Source: Phoronis australis
Lineage: Eukaryota; Animalia; Phoronida
Direction: 5' to 3'
Length of the DNA: 64,000 nucleotides
Assembly (NCBI GenBank): GCA_002633005.1
Contig: NMRA01000307.1
Coordinates: 396,208-460,207 of the forward strand
Shown here: positions 50,301 through 61,468 of the stretch, piece after piece
Numbering within the stretch: the stretch's first letter is position 1
How the letters are laid out: each line of letters starts with the position of its first letter
The notes under the pieces: model-generated
The model's input: the letters and a program-made list of their open reading frames with translations, nothing else
Told to the model about the DNA's origin: nothing
Databases searched by the model: none
Translations under genes and position numbers: made by a program

Positions 50301-53300
50301 CCGATACAGTTCTTGGTCGTCCAATAGGCTGCCTGCTCTTACGTGAAGATGCGGAATACTTGTCCCTTCTCTTTGAACCAGAGGATGTACATGGCAACTC
50401 ACCACTGTCACTAGGTAACACAAGTGAATGACGGTAAACATGTAACATTTAATATGAAGAATTTTTCCACAGAGAATAGTATAACGTGATGTGGCCACCT
50501 TGAGGCCAACTGGAGAAAATATATGGTTTTTGAATATTCATTGGCTTTTTGCTCACTTTTTGCTTAATGTGAAGTTTTAAAAAAAAATGTCGTTGCATTT
50601 AAACACACATTTGGATATTACAAAACTCACTTCCCTGTCTCTGCAGAAGAGTCCATACTTTCACCTCCAGGCACAAGCAAAATTTGCTTTAAGCAAGACT
50701 TAACAAATGGAATATGAAAGGCACTAAATCTCCGCCAGCTGGCTTAAAGTAAATATTAGAAATACCTTAATTTTGATGTTAGAAAAATTTATCAATATCT
50801 TCCTTACAGAGATTCACATACATAAGCTCAGCCAATTGTATGCATGGTGTTCAACAACAAAATCTCGATATTTGCATATTTTCGGAAAAAACACACTTCG
50901 TTGATCTCAAAAACAATTACATAGCAAATTGAGACCAAATCAAATTTTCAATGCAACACACAATGCCAGTCAGGGCTTGACCAGTAGAAAACAATCCTAG
51001 ATAGGCAATGAGTGTGTATAATTCAGTTTTTTAATGATCAAAATCATGCACATGTACTTCAGCACCAACAACGGTATAGTACTGCCAACTTGGAATGTTG
51101 GATGTATATTTGATCCCCAAAATGCCGACTATAAGCATCAAGCTTGTATACTGATATCTCATGTATTCTCTGTCCACTTACACCTACCTGCCCAAATCTA
51201 AACTGTCAAGATCATCCTTATGGCCCATAATGCTGAGTGGGGTCACGCCTATGTCAGTCTTGCGGTACTCCAACTCTTTCTCACCTTGTACCTTAACCAA
51301 TGGCATCGTGTGACCTGTAGGCAGTTTGACCAATCCCAGACGAGATGCCAGCCTCTTCTTGACAGTCGTTGGCATTACAGACTTGACAAGCTGTAAAGCA
51401 TAAGATGAGTTAGTTAAGGATGCAGGTGAGTGTATCATAACACAAGGACTACTGTAATTGTATCATAACACAAGGACTACTGTAATTGTATCATATCACA
51501 AGGACTACTCTAATTGTATCATAACACAAGGACTACTGTAATTGTATCATAACACAAGGACTACTGTAATTGTATCATAACACAAGGACTACTGTAATTG
51601 TATCATATCACAAGGACTACTGTAATTGTATCATAACACAAGGACTACTGTAATTGTATCATAACACAAGGACTACTGTAATTGTATCATAACACAAGGA
51701 CTACTGTAATTGTATCATATCACAAGGACTACTGTAATTGTATCATAACACAAGGACTACTGTAATTGTATCATATCACAAGGACTACTGTAATTGTATC
51801 ATAACACAAGGACTACTAATGATGAATTGACATAATGGATGCATATCTAGTACATTAACCCCATTAAGCATCAAATCAGAGACTGGGTCAAATAACCCAT
51901 GAGCTGTCTAACCCATAGTTTGCCCCATACTGCATTTTTGCTTCAGTTGACACAAACAAGTTAAATAAGATGCCTATCATGCCTATTGATGTGAGTGTTT
52001 CTTGGACACAGTAAAATTAAGGATTTGAGAATCATTCAAATTGTTTCTAAGTAATCGGCATACAGATGCCACCAAATTCACTTCACTTTGCCCAGTGCAC
52101 ATAGCTCTTCATCGTATCACTCTGTGCTAGTGCAATACTTTTTGCATTGATTTCTTGGACCCCAAGAATTCAAGATATGTGTCCACTGGACCACACAATA
52201 CAGATGTGTATGGCAGACACAAATTACCCGTTTCTTTTTTTTCTTGGTCTTTCGCTTAGTTTTCCTTTTGGTTCTTCTTCGTCTGCTCTTCTTCGATGTT
52301 GACCTTCTCTTGGAACTGGCTTTGCTCTTGGCCTTCCGGCGACGAAGTGTCTGCCTTTTAGGTTTGACTGGAGTTCCAGCTGCCGAGCTTGAACTCTTCT
52401 CCATGTCAAATGAGTCCTAGAAACAGTCACAGCCAATAAATGAATGAATTGAGCAAAACATGTGGGATGCAATTACTGTGTAAGCATGTCACACTTATAC
52501 ATTATCTATTGTTATAGGAACATAAAGATTACATTGCATTTCAAGCTGCAATGACATTTGTTGACACATAACACGACCAATGTCAAGTAGGGATATTGAA
52601 AAAAGACCTTCAGCAATGAATAAATATATCCTATGTTCTAGGACGAACATATTGCAAACCCCAAAATTCACTAGGTAGCGCTATTGAAACATCTTTCCTA
52701 TAGCACACACTTTCAGGCAGCCAGGGGGGCACCTATAGCACACACTTTCAGGTAGCCAAGGGGGCACCTATAGTACATACTTTCAGGTAGCCAAGGGGGC
52801 ACCTATAGCATATAGTTTCAGGTAGCCAGGGGGGCCACCTATTCCTTGAATGACCCCATGCTTAAGAATAGCCTATCAATCACTTTCTATTCACAACAAG
52901 GCATACTTCACCAGCTCCACCTTTTGAAAACTGAAATAACTACCTCATCATCACCCTCTTCTTCACCCTCTTCCTCAGACGATGTGTCCAACTGCTGCGT
53001 AAGGGCCGCCTGATTGGCTCTCATCTGACGGATGTGTCTGCGCACGCGCTCACTGACCCCCGTTCGTGCAATACGTCGTCTGTGATGTAACTCTTCCTCT
53101 ACCTCCTCCTCTTCCTCACTCTCTTCTGTCAACAGGGGAGAAAAATCAGGGAACAACATGGTTAGCAACCAAACCACTCACCATCACAAAGACCATGGAC
53201 TCATTTTATCAAAGATTGTAAGTCTGGTATTAGCTAAGACGGATGTAACTTCAATTTTATTTTGCATAGAGTCCATTAACATAAGTCTTGAAGGGGGTCG

Positions 53301-56300
53301 TAAAGTCTACAATTTACCGTCATTTGTCGGGTTAACACTAACGCCTTAACCACCATCTTAGTTATGACCGCTCATCAAAGTTGTATCGGCTAGGGAGAAA
53401 AAAAGGAAATGTAGTTTAACCGTGTCTTCCACTAGTAAGCAAAATGGCATGTTGGTTGGTAAAAGCAAAAAAACAGCAAATAAAATAACTCAGAAACAAT
53501 AGATAATAAAAAGTTACATATAACTGACAGAAGAATTAGTTAAACATTCCATTTCCCACTCTTAGAAACTAGGGTTTTTCATCATTCTCTTTGAAAGGTT
53601 CCAGATACAAAGTCCCATTCAAAATTGCACATAATCTGCAAATGAAAACTTCAAGCGTCTTGGGAAAGCATACTTTATAAAGACCAGTCACATCTAGATA
53701 AAAGTGGACACTTACCCACAGCAGGCTGGCGTACTGCACAGTCAGGACAGAACCATTCCTCTACAGGCACATTATCGAGGGGTGGGTCAAGACACTCGCA
53801 GTGATAACTGAAAGCCACAACGGTGAAACAGAATAATTTTGAGAAAACACCTCATCACTAAAACTAGTGCAGCACAGGATGTGTAGTCTTCCTTTACAGG
53901 TTTTAACATTATTATAAACCTGCAAACAGATGATAGATCATATCTCAGTCCTCCGTGGTGTAAGAGAGGCGATTGACGAGAGAATTGAGACCCCCAGCCT
54001 CAACAGACACGGAGGACTGACCTATAATCTACCAGCTGTTCGGAATAATGCATTACGTCATCAACCAAAAACTATGTCACAACCCCCAGTACCAACAATC
54101 TCCGCCATTGCTGACACGCCAGCACTTTGGCTTCAGACAATCTGTAGAAGTCTCCGAGATGCATATGCTACGTTATCCTTTAAATATATAAAGCAAGTCC
54201 AGAAATTGATTAATATTTGTTTTGCATTACTGACTTCAGTCAGAAATTTTTCTTACATTATTTTGATTTAGACAGTTTACATTTGTAAAGTTGGACCTGT
54301 TTTATGAATATTGATTAAAGACTTCAGTCAGAAATTTGTTCTAATTATGTTAAAAAAATAAAAATAACTACACCTCACTTGAGCAAAAAATGCAATCTCT
54401 GACAATATATACATATCTGCTAGCTACTGAGAAATTTCTAGGCTGTGATACACACATAGGTATTAGGCTAAAGCTTTACGCTATAAGCGTAATTAGATAA
54501 AAATTCTGTTTCACGAAAAAGACCACTGGTCTCAACTTCTTTCATACGTGAAGTGACTTTTGAGTTTGTAAGAAGTGACAGCTTCTTACAGCACGGATGA
54601 TTATTGAGGTGTAAAATGACCCAAAATGAGAAGGTAACTTATTTCACAAGCAATATCAAACTACTTTCTAGGACTAGAAATTAATTCTGATATTGTGATA
54701 GGAGACAGTGTGGCTCAGTGGTTTGAACTCAGGACCCCTGTTCGAGAAACCCATGTTCAAATCCTGGCTTTACTGGTAGATAATCAAGCATTGCACAAAG
54801 GTGTCTCTTACTCCTCTGAGCTCGGTCTTAAATGTGGATGGATGCAAGGGAGTGGATGTGAACCTGGGTATAATGTGACTCTGTAAAGAGGATGAATACT
54901 GATAGATTATAAAAATGTAATGTTCACACCAAAACAGATGCTCAATTGTTTAGTGTGACATGTTCACGTTTTGGACCCAGTCTAATAAAACCAAACTGCC
55001 AAAATTAAAAAGAATAATTAGGCCCGTATTTAGCAAATTATTACCAGGCTATGGACCTGGTAAATCTTAATCCTTCTCAACACCTGGAAGCATACAATGG
55101 GAGTAACCAAACACTAATTCATCCAAACCCATAATTTTGCAAAATTTTAAGACTGCAAAATTGCTCCATTGTTACCTGAATTGGAACAAACTTAAAACCT
55201 GCAATTTTTTTTGAAAATGTGATGTTACTGTATTTCTATTTCTTACATGTATTTGTGAGTTATAACTCTCTGAGTGAACAGTTAAAACCAGTTGGAAATG
55301 TAAGGCAGTTATAAATCTTTGCAAGACTAGATAGTGTGCAACAATGTGAATGATCTATGCATGTTGTAAAATACATTATCCATTGTGTGTATAGAACAGA
55401 CTTAATAGCACTGACTACCAGCAACTAAAATCACCAACTTGGGTTATAACAGCTTTAACTCTCAATGTGAGCAACAGAGTTTAGGTCAACAAAAGTAATG
55501 TAAAATTGGATCTTTACTGAGCCGGACTCATTCTGAAACCTTCAACGATTTGTTTAAATGAAAAAAAGGACCCCGTCCCATTTCAGCGGATACAAGGTGG
55601 CGCTGGGAAAAAGGAAGGATCTTGATCCAATTCAGCAGATGACACTGTGAGATAACAAAACACTGGATCAGGTGACATTTTTGAAAATATGAATAACTAT
55701 AATCACAATTTTCAAAGACAAAACAGAGACCAGAAACAATTGTGCTATTTTCTTAGTCCTTTACTCTTAAAAAGTGGGTCCAGTTATTGTGAACGACGTT
55801 ACTTGTGTTTGATACACCTGGTAATCACAAGTGCGTCCAGTTATTGTGAACATGACCTTACTTGTGTTTGATAAATCTAGTAATCACAACAAGGCATCCT
55901 GTAAAGCCCAACTGGCCAAAATTTACATCAGCCAATCAAAAAAAAAAAACAAACAACAAATAGTGTATTGGTTATACAAAGTGTCGCAAATAACCAGTTC
56001 CACCTATATTTTGTACCAAAGCAAATGATTTCCAGATATTTTATCTGCTAATCGAATGAAATTATCCGTCTTTGATGTTTCTTACCCCAAATCACAACCG
56101 TCACACAGCAATAGGCGATCCTCTCTGTCCGATCTTCCACACACCTCACAGAAAGTCAGGTCACTGTCTTCACTATCTAACAACTGTTTGTCTTCAACTT
56201 CAATCTGACAATGAACGATGCAAAGAGGTCATCAAACCCAAAACAACCACTTTATAAGTAAAAAAATGACACATTACAATAAAGGCGATTTTTTAAAAAA

Positions 56301-59300
56301 TTGTGAGCTCCACAAAACCATTGTAACTGTCACATTGGTCAACTAATTATTGTTAGGATTGTCACATTGATATTTCCAAGTGGCATTGATAATGGAATGC
56401 ATTTTAACTTGATTAGGCAAAACAAATACCCCACAAAACCATTCTGTTTGGGAAATCGCTCCCCATGCCGAACGATTCAGCATGCGGAACGGTTCCGCAA
56501 CTGTCATGCAACTGTCACATTGACCAACTAATTACTATTAGGATTGTCACATTGATACTTTCAAGTGGTATTGATTATGGAATGCATTTTAACTTTAATG
56601 GGAATGAGAATTAAAAAAATTGAGTGCTCCAAAAAACTATTCCGTTTGCGGAACCGTTCCGCATGTGGAACCGTTCTGCAACCGTCACATTGATTAACTA
56701 TTGAGAGTGGGCACATTATACTTTCAAGTGTTATTGAGAATGGAATGTAATTCATGTTTATTGGGCCGCAGTCAGTGCGGAATATTCCGCATGGCAAAAA
56801 CTGAACTTCTAATTAAGAAAATGCTAATAACGGAAATAAAAATGTAACATTGTAAACATTTTTAGGGTAAGGTATAGATTTGTTTCATACCATTTTTTAT
56901 GGCCCTAAGAGGATATAAAAAATGCGGAACCGTTCTGCACACTTTGAGACTAAATAAGATAGTCTCATTTGAAAAGAATCGCCTTAATAACTTTTTAATT
57001 TCAAGCATAATAAACCTGCAATTTGTCAATAATGCAAAGCCTTTCAATTTAGATCATTTACCATTAAAAAACTGGACTAAACCCAAAGTTAACATTGTGA
57101 CAGAAGCCAGTACATAGCACCTTTAACTCATTTTGTGAAATGCACTACCTGAGCCCAGCGTCTAATCTTTCTACTCGAAATCAAACTCAAAATTATTCTT
57201 GTCATTTTCCAATCTACCTTTGTACAAACTCAACATTAGCATTCATTATTTTGTGATTGAGTACATTAAGGTTTATGCAAATGAGTTTCTAAACTGAGTT
57301 CGTATTTGATGAACTCTAAAATCAAGCTAAAAACTCAAGCACAAACTCAAGATTTAGAGTAAAAACTCAAAATTTTGAGTTCACACTCAAACGTTTGGCT
57401 TTAATGATGGGTTCATTAAGTGCAAACTAGGATTAGACAGTTATCCAGATAAGTGATTAATATGTACTTGAGGACACAATAAATTAAAAAACATCTTGAG
57501 TTTATACAAAAGTAGAATAGAAAATACCAAAAATATTTGTGCGTTCTATATGGAGTAGATAAGAGTCTTAGATCTGTCTAGACAACTATTATTACGTAGT
57601 AGATAAGAGTCTTAGATCTGTCTAGACAACTGTTATTATCTAGTAGATAAGAGTCTTAGATCTGTCTAGACAACTATTATTATCTAGTAGATAAGAGTCT
57701 TAGATCTGTCTAGACAACCATTATTATCTAGTAGATAAGAGTCTTAGATCTGTCTAGACAACTATTATTATCTAGTAGATAAGTCTTAGATCTGTCTAGA
57801 CAACTATTATTATCTAGTAGATAAGAGAGTGGAATCTGTCTACACAACTATTATTACGCAGGGGTATATGAGGAATGAACAGAGTTGACATTTAAATTCT
57901 CGTTTTCACAAAAACATACTCTACTGAGATCTGTGTCAACTTAAAACACCATAAGAAAAAGATTATGCACATTTGAAAATTAAATCAACCACACTCATTT
58001 CCTTACCCGCCTTATAATGTTGCCGTTGAGACAACTCCTGGCTAATATCAAGTTGAAGACTTGCCGATCCACAGGACATGTGTTCACATTCTACAAAACA
58101 GCACCAATGAATAATAGAATAGGCCTACAGCCAAGCAGAAATTACAAGAAGTTGTGATGACTAAGTGCTTCCACGATTAACATTTCACATCAAGACACTT
58201 TGTTAGTGTGCTTCATGTAAATGAAACATGGACATTGATGAAATAAATGTTGACCAATTATTCAAACTGGAACATGCTTCAAACACCATACACCATACAC
58301 CTTATTTCTTGCAAGAAGAGCAATGAACTTCTGATCATTATTAAAGGCCTGTTCGCACTTGGCGATTTGACTGCAAGGCAATAGCAATAGTCTGCAACTG
58401 CTCATCGCTGCAGCAAATAGATGTTGCCGCTGCACTGTCCACGCTTTGTGATTTGTTGCTGGAACTACACGTTGAAAATAGCAGAATATCGATTGGCAAA
58501 GTACATATTAGTCTCTCAAATACTGCTAGAGCTAACAAGCTCAAAGTGAAAATGGACACAGGGTGTGAAAAAAATCAGCACTAGTGGGATGAAATTAGAA
58601 TCTGCTTGTACATGATAAGCAAGGACTATAGAACAAGAGTGAAAAGAATGGTGATTATGAGCCAAGGTTAATCTCACACAAAATAATGTTTGTTGGATGA
58701 CAAAAATGTTAGGAGAAATCTGAAAGCACTTGTGGCTATCTGTTTAAACAAGCCTATGTCTTTAAGGCAATCAAGTTGCTGTCACAAGAGGCTCCACAGC
58801 AGGCAACGAAAGTTGCAGCATTTCTTGTCACTCGACGGTTGCATCATAAACAAACCATCAACTGCAGACAGACCTTAACACTATATTAAGCCTTTGCAAA
58901 ATACAAAAGTAGATGTCTTGACAAAAACCATTACCATATATTTGCATATAGTTGTGCTGCTATATATCAGTGCATTGATATGGTATAAGAAATAATTATT
59001 AGTCTTCTTACAAACCACATGTTGGCCACATCGCGGGACCTATAGCTATGACACAAGAGAGAGAGAAACTTTTATTTTTTTTATAAAACACACATCTGTC
59101 CCATAGATCTCTATCATAATTGACCTAGTCCACTCAGCTATCGGGAACAACAGTCAATTACAGCAACCCAATTACACCTATAGGTCACATGGTGTGACCA
59201 ACATATGGCTTGTAAGAAGAATAACTATAATACTTTTACCACACACTATTTATTACACATGAGCACTGTATACGCACCTGAACACAAGCATGCTAACAGA

Positions 59301-61468
59301 ATAAATTCTACAGATTAGTGTTTCGGTGATGGATGAAAGAGTATACAGTTACCTTTGCCCACTCCTGTATACACTCCAAGCAGAATGTGTGGTCACAGCT
59401 CTCTGGTGTTCCCACTTGCTGCGACTTCAATTTCGCCAAACAGATGGCGCACTTGTCAGCCTCTTCATCACCACTGCTTTCCAGGTCAGAGGCCACATCA
59501 CATTCTATGAAAAAGAATTTGCCATCAGGATATTTCAAAATAACACCCATGGCTGGCGTTAAGATTTCATAATTGCCAGATCCAGATAACATGATTAAAA
59601 TGAACTAGTTTTAGCTAAAAAACGTTTTCAACTAATTTTGTCTATGTGCCTGGCAAAAGACATTTTTGCTTTTTAGATAATTTGTCAAAAATCAAGGCTG
59701 GAATTTCAGATAAATCAGACTCACATTAGTTGTTACTGAAGGTTTGAAATTTTCTGTCAATGTAAAATGTGAGCGGTCTCACTTGTATGTTCACGACATT
59801 AAGAAAACGACTATATGGAAAATTAGAGAACATATACTGTCCTGATATCACATTTCATAATTAGCTTGTGATCACTCGTCTAACAGATACACTAAACCTA
59901 TCATGCCATGAACTGTCAACACTAAGAGCATGTCTAACAAAGGAGAATTGAAAGTTTTATTATCACTTCCTTCATAAAAGATTAGTACCATGAACAGAAT
60001 GCTTTATCATTTTTGTTTAATGTAATGTTTTGACAAATTGTACGCACTCACAACAAAGTTTGAAACTTTTGAAAAATAAAGAAAAATTCGGAATTATTTT
60101 TGTCGGAAATTGGTGAGCTTTAACAATAACTTCTAAATTTTTGCCTCAAAACAGCTTCAATCATTTTGCAGTGCCTCACAACAGCTTAAATCATTTTGCA
60201 TCCTAATGATAATTTTGCCATTTACTTGTTTCTGTGACTTTATTCTTTTTATACATACTATTAGTTATACTTGCTCTGTGCCTAGAGTGAGACTGCTGCT
60301 TGTACTGAACACGGTTCCGCAGAATAAAGATTCCCAAATTTTTCCATTTACAAGAAAATATTCTGCAATGCATCGAAGAGCTAGAGCTTGACTTTCCCAA
60401 ATCTCAACAGTAATAACCAACAAGAAAATTAAAATCCGTGGTTATCATGGTTTATATAGCACAGTGTTCTCCAAAATCTGTTTTGACTCGTAACAGTATT
60501 GAGTTTGAATTCCACCTCCATCAAGTTTTAAAGCCAATGCAAATTAGGACATTTTGAACTTGTAGCACCAGTTCAATACATTTATTCCAAGACTAAACAA
60601 ACACACTCGCCACTGTGTAGGCACAGACTTTCAAACATACTAGTACTCATGAAGTTTTAATTTCCGTTAAGGTTGTATAATCTGGTGTGGATAGCATACG
60701 TGTATTGAAACATGGTGCTGTGCAATGTTTGAAAAACCCTAAGTCTACTCTAAAATCTGAAGCCATGTTTGAAAAGCCAGAATTACAAGAAAAATGATTG
60801 AAAAAGTACTTCATTGTGGAAATGTTTTTATTATTTTGCAGTAAAACATGATAGTGACATGCACAGAAAGTGAAAATAATGTGTAACTAATTGGTATTTT
60901 CCTGACATAACACAAAAGAAGTTAAGTTACGATACAAAATCATGATGTGGAATTTGCACCATGTCTGTATTATTGCTCAAGGAGAACCCAGCAGCACTCC
61001 ACATCACCATGACAACATTTGGGCACATGTACCAATAGTAAGCTTTTGACACATATAAAAAAAAAATAATTGCAGGCGGTCTGATACACGTTGTACCAGA
61101 CGTGCGCAGGCCTCACATGTGGGCCCATTGCACTGATCACCTGGAAATATTTTTATGCTTTATTAATATATGGTTAAAACCGAGCTGAGGAGCTAGAAAC
61201 CTGGCTCAAGGGTTTAGCAGTGTGACCTGGTGGGACTTGAACCCACAACCTCGAGTAAAGAAAGCGGGAACTTATCAACCAGGCCACACTGCCTCCTCTT
61301 TTTGACACATAGGAAAGTTATGGATTCTTTTTGTGTTTGAAGATTTTTTCCGCCAGCCCACGCCATACCTTCATCTTCAGTGCCATCTTCATCATCATCA
61401 TCATCATCACAGCTGTCTTCTGAAGATGACTCCAGATCACCCATTATCTCTTCTTCTATCGCACTCAT
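44395..61468 (-). CDS. PHRF1: PHD and RING finger domain-containing protein 1 (RING, PHD, long low-complexity region, C-terminal SCAF11/SFR19-like Pol II CTD-binding domain), ~1591 aa, 13 coding exons
   Basis: Exons (minus) 61468-61369, 59504-59353, 58090-58007, 56204-56086, 53807-53716, 53125-52944, 52416-52228, 51390-51188, 50410-50294, 49717-49623, 48883-45693, 44880-44752, 44517-44395 total 4776 nt in frame. [33 protein letters not shown]; [48 protein letters not shown]; motifs ISELPRIPK and YDPFNPT; C-terminal [42 protein letters not shown]. Confidence 0.95.
45072..45248. repeat. 45-bp minisatellite, ~4 copies
   Basis: Unit ACACCCAAATCAACAATGAATAATGGC..ATGTGTTCAGAAGATA. Confidence 0.85.
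45693..48883 (-). CDS. PHRF1: PHRF1 large internal exon (3191 nt), accounts for the 1116-aa ORF in the track
   Basis: Acceptor TTTCTAG before 48883 and donor GTGGGT after 45693; phases agree with both neighbouring exons; acidic, RS/RD-rich and Pro/Gln-rich segments. Confidence 0.92.
46701..46994 (-). repeat. PHRF1: Coding 21-bp repeat, 14 x G-I-M-G-N-Q-P-like heptads in PHRF1
   Basis: [28 protein letters not shown] (GIMGNQP)4 [42 protein letters not shown]. Confidence 0.92.
51431..51817. repeat. Minisatellite, 28-bp unit TGTATCATAACACAAGGACTACTGTAAT, ~14 near-identical copies
   Basis: Direct tandem copies 40 bp from a PHRF1 acceptor. Confidence 0.95.
52697..52841. repeat. 35-bp minisatellite CCTATAGCACACACTTTCAGGTAGCCAAGGGGGCA, ~4 copies
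   Basis: Direct tandem copies. Confidence 0.9.
54701..54880 (+). mobile_element. tRNA-derived SINE, same family as 31798-31965
   Basis: A box TGGCTCAGTGG, B box GTTCAAATCC; shared body. Confidence 0.7.
56320..56940. repeat. Degenerate ~190-bp duplication carrying repeated 17-bp palindromes TGCGGAAC(C/G)GTTCCGCA
   Basis: Palindrome copies at 56466, 56483, 56647, 56664, 56776, 56923; repeated GTCACATTGA blocks. Confidence 0.75.
57554..57857. repeat. ~44-bp minisatellite AGTAGATAAGAGTCTTAGATCTGTCTAGACAACTATTATTATCT, ~7 copies
   Basis: Direct tandem copies with internal palindromes AGATCT and GTCTAGAC. Confidence 0.92.
61176..61296 (-). mobile_element. tRNA-derived SINE head
   Basis: Minus strand GGAGGCAGTGTGGCCTGGTTG ... 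GGGTTCAAGTCCC, then CCCTTGAGCCAGG and CTCCTCAGCTCGGT (resembles the 54701 copy); no proper tRNA acceptor stem. Confidence 0.55.

Noticed and set aside
54701-54775. Possible tRNA genes (also at 31798 and 61225-61296)
   Set aside because: A/B boxes are present but no intact cloverleaf; shared non-tRNA 3' bodies indicate SINEs.
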